A stretch of DNA of 64,000 nucleotides from Selaginella moellendorffii (taxonomy: Eukaryota > Plantae > Lycopodiophyta), in the NCBI RefSeq assembly GCF_000143415.4, contig NW_003314379.1, forward strand, positions 1 to 64,000, read 5' to 3'. Under the pieces are notes generated by a model that had not been told where the DNA came from, did no database searches, and saw nothing but the letters and a program-made list of their open reading frames with translations. The translations under genes and the position numbers were made by a program. The first letter of the stretch is position 1, and every line of letters starts with the position of its first letter. Positions 1 to 10,500 of the stretch are shown here, piece after piece.

Positions 1-24
1 GACATTCTGCGTGAAGGATGACGC

Positions 25-81
25 GCCGGTGCATTGCACAGCCCAAAGGGCATCACCAGAAACTCAAAGCTCCCATACCTT
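25..81 (-). mobile_element. Continuation of element B RT on the far side of the element A insertion; homology ends at ~25
   Basis: Matches 4008-4064 of element A and encodes [16 protein letters not shown]. Confidence 0.88.
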
Positions 82-1230
82 TGTAAGCCACAAATTTTTC
101 CTTTCCAATTTGCCAGCTTACCTCGTCTATCCGTCCAACACTGCCTTGGCTTTTGCTAAGTTCCCTTGCCAAGGTTCTCGCCTATGGTACCAGCTCCTAC
201 TTGGTTTCAGCTACTCACTGCACGAGCAACGGAGTGTTAGCCATCCTTCCACGGATTCCCAAATCACTCTCAATCCCCCTCCCCGGGTTAGACTGGACTT
301 AAGGTTCGGCTACACTCCCCGCAAGCACAAGCAGCCAAGCACACCAAGCTTCCAGGTTCCTAACATCCCTTGGTACCACAAGACTTGATCATGGGACCCT
401 CTAAATCCCAAGTCTTGAGTGCAACACTTGCTTTGGGACGCCGGGGCGAAACATCGTGGCCTAACGGCCCGGTATGGGTACCTCTCGCCCCCCACTTCCA
501 TCCCGAAGGAAGGCCCAAGCCCCTAGGAAGGGCGAGGACCAATGAGCCGCATGGTACTCAAGTGGGGCACCACTCCACATGAGCCGGGAGCACCGCAATC
601 GGTTTCCCTTTCGGGAGTGGGAGCTGCTCTTGAGCACTTCTTTGGATGGCCCCTCCGGCACCAGCCAAGTCCATGGTCACTCCCACCCAAGGCCCCTTAG
701 TCCCAGTCCCAACCTCAAGTCGGTTTGGAAGCCCAACTGGAGAGTCCCTTCAAAACTGGTTCCTAGACCTCACTATCCCTACTATACTTTTGGAACCCCC
801 TGCAGCCCCCCCCCCCCTGGGAGACGCACGCATTGGGCTTTCACCCCTTGACCCGTATTAGTATTTGGACTTAGTCTCTGGCTCGATCTCGGATCCGATT
901 TCGGATCCGACTTCGGATTCGGTCTCGGACTCGATCGCGGACTCGATCTCGGACCCGATCTCGGCCCCGACCTCGGACTCGACTTCGGACTCGGTCTCGG
1001 ACCCGATTTCGGATCTCGGACTCCGTCTCGAACTCGGTCTCGAACTCGGACTCGAACTCGGTCCCCGAGTCGGTCTTGGACTCGATTCCGGACTCTATCT
1101 CGAACTCGGTCCTAGAGTCGGTCTTGGACTCGATCTTTGACTTGGTCCCATCCGATGAACTCTTTGTCATTTTGGTCATGCTTTCGGGGTTCCCTTAGCC
1201 TACGACACCTCGGCGAGTTGGTTCCTTACA
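82..1230 (-). repeat. 3' LTR of element A
   Basis: TGTAAG...CTTACA termini. About 15 differences (by eye) from 6366-7513. Adjoins the PPT. Confidence 0.97.
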
Positions 1231-1246
1231 ACTCCACCACCCATAG
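1231..1246 (-). other. Polypurine tract of element A
   Basis: Minus strand CTATGGGTGGTGGAGT directly before the 3' LTR. Identical motif precedes the 3' LTR of element C (26354-26369). Confidence 0.85.
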
Positions 1247-1294
1247 AAGAAGTTCGATGCCCACATCGAACGTCTCTTTTTTATCTTACGACTT

Positions 1295-1540
1295 GTTGAC
1301 CATGTCTCCGGGGGCATCCCCCCACTTAGCGGTGTGCCTAAGTTAGCCTCCCCGGCCAAGAGCTCATGACAACGGAATATAGGTGTCCCTATACTCCTCC
1401 CCTCACCACGCCCTAGTATGGGGTCGGGACTTGAACCCAGCCTTGCTTTACTAGGGGGTTGGGACTCGAACCCAACCTCCGTAGAATACGTCTACGGTTT
1501 CGACATCCCCGCAGGGAGTCGGGCGTAGCTCCCTACGCCT
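1295..1540 (-). ncRNA. Candidate conserved structured cis-acting RNA in the retrotransposon 3' UTR
   Basis: Multiple stems with compensatory changes relative to homologous copies at 24808-25037 and 25101-25218. Confidence 0.7.
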
Positions 1541-1633
1541 GGTCGACCTAGCTAACCCATGCTAATTAGCTTACCTTCGGCGCGCCTTCGGGTCCCAACA
1601 TATGCCATTGCTCAACTTCTCAAATTGATACTT

Positions 1634-4600
1634 TTAATTGAACTTTGCATAAGTACATAGAGTTCTGCCATGCAGAAATTCCTCCACTAGATCTCGCGCG
1701 TTCGCTAGGTTCTCCTCCGGTTCCCATGTTGCTTCGCAGTGTGGAAATCCTTTCCACTTCACATGGAACTCTCTCACCTCGCGTCCTTGTCGCTTGCTCT
1801 TGCGCGCATTGAGGATGGCCTCGACTTCGTATTCCTCCTCCCCTTGGATAACCTCAGGTAAAGGTCTTACTTGGTCCTTGCGAAGCGGATCCTCAAAATA
1901 CGGCTTGAGTAAGTTCACGTGGAACACGGGATGCATCTTCCCCATCTCTCGAGGAAGTCGGAGACGGTAAGCCACTTTACCGATTCGAGCCTCAATCTCG
2001 TAAGGCCCCGCGAACCTTTGGGTCAACTTCCGGCTGATCCCACTTGGTAGCCTGAGGTTCTTGGTGTTCAGCCACACCTTCTCCCCAGCTTGGAACTCCA
2101 CATCTCGACGCTTTTGGTTCGCGTACTTAGTTTGCCTTTGTTGAGCCCGTTCCAAGGAATCCCTCACTAGATTCCAAATGTTGAGTCTTTCCGCCGTGAA
2201 TGCCTCCACTGCGGGTAACTCTCCATGATACTCGGCCACGCCGAGTTCCACAGGGCCTTCAATAGCTCGCCCATTGATGACTTCCCATGGACTCACCCCG
2301 ATGCTCGAATGTGGTGAGTTGTTATAACACATTTCCGCAAGTCCCAAATGACTTACCCAGTCGGTCTGGTCTCCCGAGACATAGCATCGCAAATAATCCT
2401 CCAGCTGCCTATTCACCCTTTCCGTTTGTCCGTCTGTCTGTGGGTGATAGGCCGTGCTGAATTTCAACTTGGTGCGATACTGTTCTAGGAGTGTCCTCCA
2501 GAACCTACTGGTGAAGATCTTATCTCGATCTGAGATAATCTCTTCCGGCCTTCCCCGCACTCGAACCACTTGTTCGAAGAACAGCTTCGCCACACCTTCC
2601 GCATCCACATCCGTTGCGGTGGGTATGAAATGTGCCATCTTTGAAAATCGGTCCACCACCACGAATATCGCATCGAACCCCTCGCTTGGGGGTAGTCCCG
2701 TGATGAAATCCATCGTGAGACATTTCCACGGACGATCTGGAATGGGGATGCTTTGCAACAAGCCCCCACTAGCCTTCGTCACGGCTTTGACCTGCTGACA
2801 TGTTGGACATGTCTTTACATAGTCTTGGACGTCCTTAGCCATATCTGGCCAGTGATACTTCCTTTTGAGTAAGCCCATCGTCTTGGGCACTCCGCCGTGT
2901 CCCGCGAGAGGTCCGTCATGACACTCTTCCAAGGCTACTTTCCTTAGTTCCCCTTCTGGAACATACACCCTCGTTTGCTTGTAATATATGAGTCCGTTGC
3001 GTTCCGCATAGCCCGTTTTCTCTTCCGTTGGCAGCTCACCTCTCTGGTGAGCTTCCCGCGCCTCCAGATTCCTCAGCAACACTTCTTGTGCTAGACCATC
3101 ACTATCGTATGCGGTCCGCACATCGTCCCAAAAGGTTGTTGTCGCGCTAGATATCGCCAACTTCAAGCTCGCTTTTCGACTTAGCGCATTTGCCACGATG
3201 TTGCTCTTCCCAGGCTTGTACAGGATCTCGCAATCAAATTCGGCCAAAGCATTGGCCCACCGACCTTGTTTTCCCCTTAGGTCAGGCTGTGACAAGAAGT
3301 GTTTCGTTGCCACATTGTCCGTGTAAACCTTGAAGTGTCTCCCAAGGTAGTGTCGCCACTCCTTGAGCGCCTTGACCACCGCAAACAATTCCTTCTCGTG
3401 GGCAGGCCACTTCCGTTGAGCCTTGTCCAGCTTCTTCGAGAAGAACGCTACTGGATGGTTGTCTTGCTTCAAAACTGCGCCCAACGCAAAGTCCGAAGCA
3501 TCCGTGTCTACCTCAAAGTCCTTACCAAAGTCTGGTAATGCCAACACCGGAGCCTTCCTCAACTTCCCTTTGAGGTGGACGAATGCCGCCTCGCATTCCG
3601 CTGTCCATACCATCTTCCCTTTTCCTGTTTGGTCCATTAAGGGCAGGGCTACTCTCGAATAGTGTCTGATAAACTTTCGATAGTAGTTGCATAGCCCCAG
3701 GAACACCCTCAACTCATGTACATTCGATGGTCGNNNNNNNNNNNNNNNNNNNNNNNNNNNNNNNNNNNNNNNNNNNNNNNNNNNNNNNNNNNNNNNNNNN
3801 NNNNNNNNNNNNNNNNNNNNNNNNNNNNNNNNNNNNNNNNNNNNNNNNNNATACAGTTTGTGTTCCCTTAGTTTCTCAAACACCTTCGCCAAGTGTTCGG
3901 CATGCTCCTCTAGCGTCTCGCTATAGATCAGGATGTTGTCAATATAGACGACCACGAAGCGATCCAGATAGGGTACAAAGATGTGGTTCATCAACGCCGA
4001 AAACGTTGCCGGCGCATTGCACAGCCCAAAGGGCATCACCAAAAACTCAAAGCTCCCATACCTCGTTCGACAGGTTGTCTTCTCGACATCTTCCTCAGCT
4101 ACCCTGATCTGGTAGTATCCTGACCTTAGGTCAATCCTCGAGAAGTATTTTGCCTTTCCCAACCTATCGAACAGGTCCTCGATCCTTGGCAAAGGGTACT
4201 TGTTCTTCTTGGTATACTTGTTGAGCAACCGGTAAACTATGCACATGCGCATAGATCCATCTTTCTTTTTCACAAATAGCACTGGCGCCCCATACGGCGA
4301 CTTGCTCAACCTAACATACCCTTTGCCCACCAACTCTTCTAGTTGGCTCTTGAGCTCCTTGAGTTCTTTTTCGTTCAATCGATAGGGTGGACGAACCACC
4401 ACCTCAGCACCCTCGACCAGCTCAATCTTATGTTCTATCGGTCGTGCGGGGGGCAACCCCGCCGGTAGCTCCTCTGGCATGGTATCCTGGAATTGGTCTA
4501 GCACCTGCTGGATCACTAAAGGTACTTCTTCCGTTCTTGTCTTTTTGTCACTCTTCACCGAGAGTAAGCACAAAAAGGCTGCCTTAGTTCCTTTAGTGAG

Positions 4601-5431
4601 TTGTCTTCTCGTGGACACCAGGTTTAAGCATGACTCTTTGGCCTTGCTTTGCCCTACCTTTAGATCCTGGGCCTCCACCCTAGATCTTCTTCCTTGGGCA
4701 TTCGCCAATACCACAAGGTTCCTACCTTGTCCATGTAGGGCTACCACAAACCGATTAAACCAATCCATTCCGAAGATCACGTCAAATCCCGCCATGTCCA
4801 AGACGGTGAAATCCATATCCACTTTCCATGTCCCTACTTCGACTCTCGCTTGTCGAAGTATCTCATCGGTGCTTTGGCTACCCTGAACAAACTCTATAGT
4901 CCTTGGTTCGCCTAGCCGCTGCACCGTTAGTCCAGCTTGCCGGACTATGTCTGCAGCCACAAAATTATCCGAAGCACCCGTGTCAATAAGGATCTTAACA
5001 AAGCTACCTCCGAGCTTCCCTCGGAGGGCTAGTAGATGTCGCGAACGACTCTCTACCAAAGTTGCTCGTGTAATGAGTAACTTTGAGTTAGGGACTGGAT
5101 CACATACCTCAGTTTGGACTTCACCCGACTTGATGGCCATATTGGCTCTGGCCTTCTTCGGGTAGGGACATTCCCTCGAGAAGTGTCCCACTTCGCCGCA
5201 GTTGTAGCATACGTTGTTGCCCACGCTGCTATACGACTTGACCTTCTTATCCGTGGGTTTGTCTTTTTTCGCTTGACTTCCCCACGTACTCGCTCGCTGG
5301 CCACCGGCTTTGCCTTTCCGGAACCCCGAGGACTCATTCTTAGAGAAACTCTTCTTGAATTTCCCCTTGCTATACGTTCCCCTCGGTTTGGCCCCTTTGC
5401 TAAATGTGGATCCCGACCCTGCGTGTTTCCC
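1634..5431 (-). pseudogene. Element A pol frame: CCHC knuckle, aspartic protease, RT, RNase H, integrase, chromodomain
   Basis: [38 protein letters not shown] (for YIDD), TDASD, HHCC and MDFITGLP integrase motifs, GPY, YEVEAIL...VKWKGF...TWEP. N gap at 3734-3850. The frame is open from the slippery site at 5431; the listed ORF starts at a GTG at 5224. Confidence 0.93.
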
Positions 5432-6306
5432 TTTCGCAGGTTATCGTTGAAATGCACCTTGATGGCCGCATCCAACGCTTCCTTGTAGTTGGTCGGGTTC
5501 CAGCGCATCACCTCACCGCGAGCCCAGGTTTGCAAACCTGATATAAAGGCATGGAACGCATCCATATCCCCCATGTCCGTGACAAGTATCCTCTTTGCCA
5601 TGAACCCATTCACATATTCCTGGATGGTTCCAATCTGCTTCAGCCTACTCAGCTCATCTCTCAGATGCAGAGTGGCATTCGGAGGAACGTATGTCGCGCG
5701 GATCCTCGCCTTCATCATGTCCCAGGTGGCCACCGGTCCTTCGTTGGCCTCCGTTGTTCTCCACCAAGACTTGGCATTATCTGCCAAGTATGGTTTTGCA
5801 CATGGGACCTTCTCCGAGCTCGGTAACCGCAACGCTCAGAAGTAGTCCTCCATATCGTAAAACCAATCCTCCACAACCTTATAGTCGTTCACTCCCTTGA
5901 ACACCGGTGGGGGCTTTGGTTTGTACTTGGGAACTGCCTGAGGGACTGATTCCACTTCGGTCTGTTCGACCTTGTCTGGTTTTGCCTCAGTCCCTGCCGA
6001 AGGGTCCGCACCTTCTGCGCTGCCAGCATCCGCAGTCTTTCGCTTTTTCTTCCGCTTCTTGTCACGCTTTAACTTGCGTACGAGAGTCTCCAGCAGGGCA
6101 TTGGTCTGTGCCAACTGTCCTTCTAGCACGTCCAATCGAGCCTTGGACGACCGAACCTTGCCACCGGACTCCTGTTTGGAAGTTTCCTCACTGGAGTCCT
6201 CCTCATGCAAGGATTCCTCATCCATAGCCTCTTGTTCAACCGGAGGCTCCAGCTCCGGCGGAGGTTCCATCTCCGCCTGGGTTCGCTTACGCCCTGCCCT
6301 TGCCAT
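5053..6306 (-). pseudogene. Element A gag with one premature stop
   Basis: ORFs 5836-6306 and 5053-5832 are in the same frame, separated by CGA>TGA (element B reads DYFRAL here). Retrotransposon gag motifs AKSWW and LKQxGTIQEY. Confidence 0.9.
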
Positions 6307-6350
6307 CTCCCAGCAATCCGCTTCTATCCTTCGCTAGAACTGAGATAAAG

Positions 6351-6362
6351 GCTCCGATACCA
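6351..6362 (-). other. Primer binding site (tRNA-iMet type) of element A
   Basis: Minus strand TGGTATCGGAGC, 3 nt from the 5' LTR end. Confidence 0.9.
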
Positions 6363-6365
6363 AAT

Positions 6366-7513
6366 TGTAAGCCACAAATTTTTCCTTTCCAATTTGTCAG
6401 CTTACCTCGTCTATCCGTCCAACACTACCTTGGCTTTTGCTAAGTTCCCTTGCCAAGGTTCTCGCCTATGGTACCAGCTCCTACTTGGTTTCAGCTACTC
6501 ACTGCACGAGCAATGGAGTGTTAGCCATCCTTCCACGGATTCCCAAATCACTCTCAATCCCCCTCCCCGGGTTAGACTGGACTTAAGGTTCGGCTACACT
6601 CCCCGCAAGCACAAGCAGCCAAGCACACCAAGCTTCCAGGTTACTAACATCCCTTGGTACCACAAGACTTGATCATGGGACCCTCTAAATCCCAAGTCTT
6701 GAGTGCAACACTTGCTTTGGGACGCCGGGGCGAAACATCGTGGCCTAACGGCCCGGTATGGGTACCTCTCACCCCCCACTTCCATCCCGAAGGAAGGCCC
6801 AAGCCCCTAGGAAGGGCGAGGACCAATGAGCCGCATGGTACTCAAGTGGGGCACCACTCCACATGAGCCGGGAGCACCGCAATCGGTTTCTCTTTCGGGA
6901 GTGGGAGCTGCTCTTGAGCACTTCCTTGGATGGCCCCTCCGGCACCAGCCAAGTCCATGCTCACTCCCACCCAAGGCCCCTTAGTCCCAGTCCCAACCTC
7001 AAGTCGGTTTGGAAGCCCAACTGGAGAGTCCCTTCAAAACTGGTTCCTGGACCTCACTATCCCTACTATACTTTTGGAACCCCCTGCAGCCCCCCCCCCC
7101 TGGGGGACGCACGCTTTGGGCTTTCACCCCTTGACCCGTATTAGTATTTGGACTTAGTCTCTGGCTCGATCTCGGATCCGATTTCGGATCCGACTTCAGA
7201 TTCGGTCTCGGACTCGATCGCGGACTCGATCTCGGACCCGATCTCAGGCCCGACCTCGGACTCGACTTCGGACTCGGTCTCGGACCCGATTTCGGATCTC
7301 GGACTCCGTCTCGAACTCGGTCTCGAACTCGGACTCGAACTCGGTCCCCGAGTCGGTCTTGGACTCGATTCCGGACTCTATCTCGAACTCGGTCCTAGAG
7401 TCGGTCTTGGACTCGATCTTTGACTTGGTCCCATCCGATGAACTCTTTGTCATTTTGGTCATGCTTTCGGGGTTCCCTTAGCCTACGACACCTCGGCGAG
7501 TTGGTTCCTTACA
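6366..7513 (-). repeat. 5' LTR of element A
   Basis: Near-identical to 82-1230. Adjoins the PBS. Confidence 0.97.
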
Positions 7514-10500
7514 ACCTCGTTCGACAGGTTGTCTTCTCGACATCTTCCTCAGCTACCCTGATCTGGTAGTATCCTGATCTTAGGTCAATCCTCGAGAAGT
7601 ATTTTGCCTTTCCCAACCTATCGAACAGGTTCTTGATCCTTGGCAAAGGGTACTTGTTCTTCTTGGTATACTTGTTGAGCAACCGGTAGTCTATGCACAT
7701 GTGCATAGATCCATCTTTCTTTTTCACAAATAGCACCGGCGCCCCATACGGCGACTTGCTCAACCTAACATACCCTTTGTCCACCAACTCCTCTAGTTGG
7801 CACTTGAGCTCCTTGAGTTCTTTTTCGTTCAAATGATAGGGTGGACGAACCACTGCCTCAGCACCCTCGACCAGCTCAATCTTATGTTCTATCGGTCGTG
7901 CGGGGGGCAACCCCGCCGGTAGCTCCTCCGGCATGGTATCCTGGAATTGGTCCAGCACCCGCTGGATCACTAAAGGTACTTCTTCCGTTCTTATCTTTTT
8001 GTCACTCTTCACCGAGAGTAAGCACAAAAAGGCTACCTTAGTTCCTTTAGTGAGTTGTCCTCTCGTGGACACCAGGTTTAAGCATGACTCTTTGGCCTTG
8101 CTTTGCCCTACCTTTAGATCCTGGGCCTCCACCCTAGATCTTCTTCCTTGGGCATTCGCCAATACCACAAGGTTCCTACCTTGTCCATGCAAGGCTACCA
8201 CGAACCGATTAAACCAATCCATTTCGAAAATCACGTCAAATCCCGCCATGTCCAAGACGGTGAAATCCATGTCTACTTTCCATGTCCCTACTTCGACTCT
8301 CGCTTGTCGAAGTACCTCATCGGTGCTTTGGCTACCTTGAACAAACTCTATAGTCCTTGGTTCGCCTAGCCGCTGCACTGTTAGTCCAGCTTGCCGGACT
8401 ATGTCTGCAGCCACAAAATTATCCGAAGCACCCGTGTCAATAAGGATCTTAACAAAGCTACCTCCGAGCTTCCCTCGGAGGGCTAGTAGATGTCGCGAAC
8501 GACTCTCTACCAAAGTTGCTCGTGTAATGAGTAACTTTGAGTTAGGGACTGAATCACATACCTCAGTTTGGACTTCACCCGACTTGATGGCCATATTGGC
8601 TCTAGCCTTCTTCGGGTAGGGACATTCCCTCGAGAAGTGTCCCGCTTCGCCACAGTTGTAGCATACGTTATTTCCCACGCTATACGACTTGACCTTTTTA
8701 TCCGTGGGTTTGTCTTTTTTCGCTTGACTCCCCCACGTACTCGCTCGCTGGCCACCGGATTTGCCTTTTCGGAACCCCGAGGACTCATTCTTAGAGAAAC
8801 TCTTCTTGAATTTCCCCTTGCTATATGTTCCCCTCGGTTTGGCCCCTTTGCTAAATGTGGATCTCGACCCTGCGTGTTTCCCTTTCGCAGGTTATCGTTG
8901 AAATGCACCTTGATGGCCGCATCCAACGCTTCCTTGTAGTTGGTCGGGTTCCACCGCATCACCTCACCGCAAGCCCAGGTTTGCAAACCTGATATGAAGG
9001 TATGGAACGCATCCATATCCCCCATGTCCGTGACAAGTATCCTCTTTGCCATGAACCCATTCACATATTCCTGGATGGTTCCAGTCTGCTTCAGCCTACT
9101 CAGCTCATCTCTCAAATGCAGAGTGGCATTCGGAGGAATGTATGTTGCGCGGATCCTCGCCTTCATCATGTCCCAAGTGGCCACTAGTCCTTCGTTGGCC
9201 TCCGTCGTTCTCCACCAAGACTTGGCATTATCTGCCAAGTATGGTTTTGCACATGGGACCTTCTCCAAGCTCGGTAATCGCAACGCTCGGAAGTAGTCTT
9301 CCATATCGTAAAACCAATCCTCCACCACTTTATAGTCTTTCACTCCCTTGAAGACCGGTGGGGGCTTTGGTTTGTACTTGGGAACTGCCTGAGGGACTGA
9401 TTCTACTTCGGTCTGTTCGACCTTGTCTGGTTTTGCCTCAGTCCTGGCCGAAAGGTCCGCACCTTCTGCGCTGCCAGCATCCGCAGTCTTTCTTTTTTTC
9501 TTCCGCCTCTCGTCACGCTTTAGCTTGTGTACAAGAGTTTCCAGCAGGGCATTGGTCTGTGCCAACTGTCCTTCTAGCACGTCCAATCGAGCCTTGGACG
9601 ACCGAACCTCGCCACCGGACTCCTGTTTGGAAGTTTCCTCACTAAAGTCCTCCTCGTGCAAGGATTCCTCATCCATAGCCTCTTGTTCAACCGGAGGCTC
9701 CAGCTCCGGCGGATGTTCCGTCTCCACCTGGGTTCACTTACGCCCTACCCTTGCCATCTCCCAGCAATCCGCCTCTATCCTTCACTAGAACTGAGATAAA
9801 GGCTCCGATACCAAATTGTAAGCCACAAATGTTTCTCTTCCAATTTGCCAGCTTACCTCGACTATCCGTCCAACACTGCCTTGGCTTTTGCTAAGTTCCC
9901 TTGCCAAGGTTCTCGCCTATGGTACCAGCTCCTACTTGGTTTCAGCTACTCACTGCACGAGCAACAGAGTGTTAGCCATCCATCCACAGATTCCCAAATC
10001 ACTCCCAATCCCCCTCCCCGGGTTAGACTGGACTTAAGGTTCGGCTACACTCCCCGCAAGCACAAGCAGCCAAGCACACCAAGCTTCCAGGTTCCTAACA
10101 TCCTTTGGTACCACAAGACTTGATCATGGGACCCTCTAAATCCCAAGTCTTGAGTGCAACACTTGCTTCGGGACGCCAGGGCGAAACACCGTGGCCTAGC
10201 GGCCCGGTATGGGTACCTTTACCCCCCCACTTCCATCCCAAAGGAAGGCCCAAGCCCCTAGGAAGGGCGAAGACCAATGAGCCGCATGGTACTCAAGTGG
10301 GGCACCACTCCACATGAGCCGGGAGCATCGCAGTCGGTTTCCCTTTCGGGAGTGGGAGCTGCTCTTGAGCACTTCTTTGGATGGCCCCTCCGGCACCAAC
10401 CAAGTCCATGCTCACTCCCACCCAAGGCCCCTCGGTCCCAGTCCCAACCTCAAGTCAGTTTGGGAGCCCCACTGGAGAGTCCCTTCTAAATTGGTTCCTG

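Larger units (their letters stand above)
82..7513 (-). mobile_element. Element A: structurally full-length Ty3/Gypsy chromovirus LTR retrotransposon (gag, PR, RT, RH, INT, chromodomain) with inactivating point mutations
   Basis: Two ~1.15-kb LTRs (82-1230, 6366-7513), both TGTAAG...CTTACA. PBS at 6351-6362, PPT at 1231-1246, PR-RT-RH-INT-CHD order. Flanked by near-perfect TSD ACCTT/ACCTC. Confidence 0.97.

Noticed and set aside
1420-1480. GGTTCGAGTCC motifs as bona fide tRNA genes (also 24870-24910)
   Set aside because: No acceptor, D or anticodon arms can be folded around them. Only isolated T-arm hairpins are present.
1295-1540. Hammerhead ribozyme (retrozyme) interpretation of the 3' UTR structure
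   Set aside because: No CUGANGA/GAAA core in any copy. Other ribozyme classes are not excluded without a covariance-model search.
3734-3850. Poly-X stretch in pol
   Set aside because: Assembly gap of Ns, not a biological feature.
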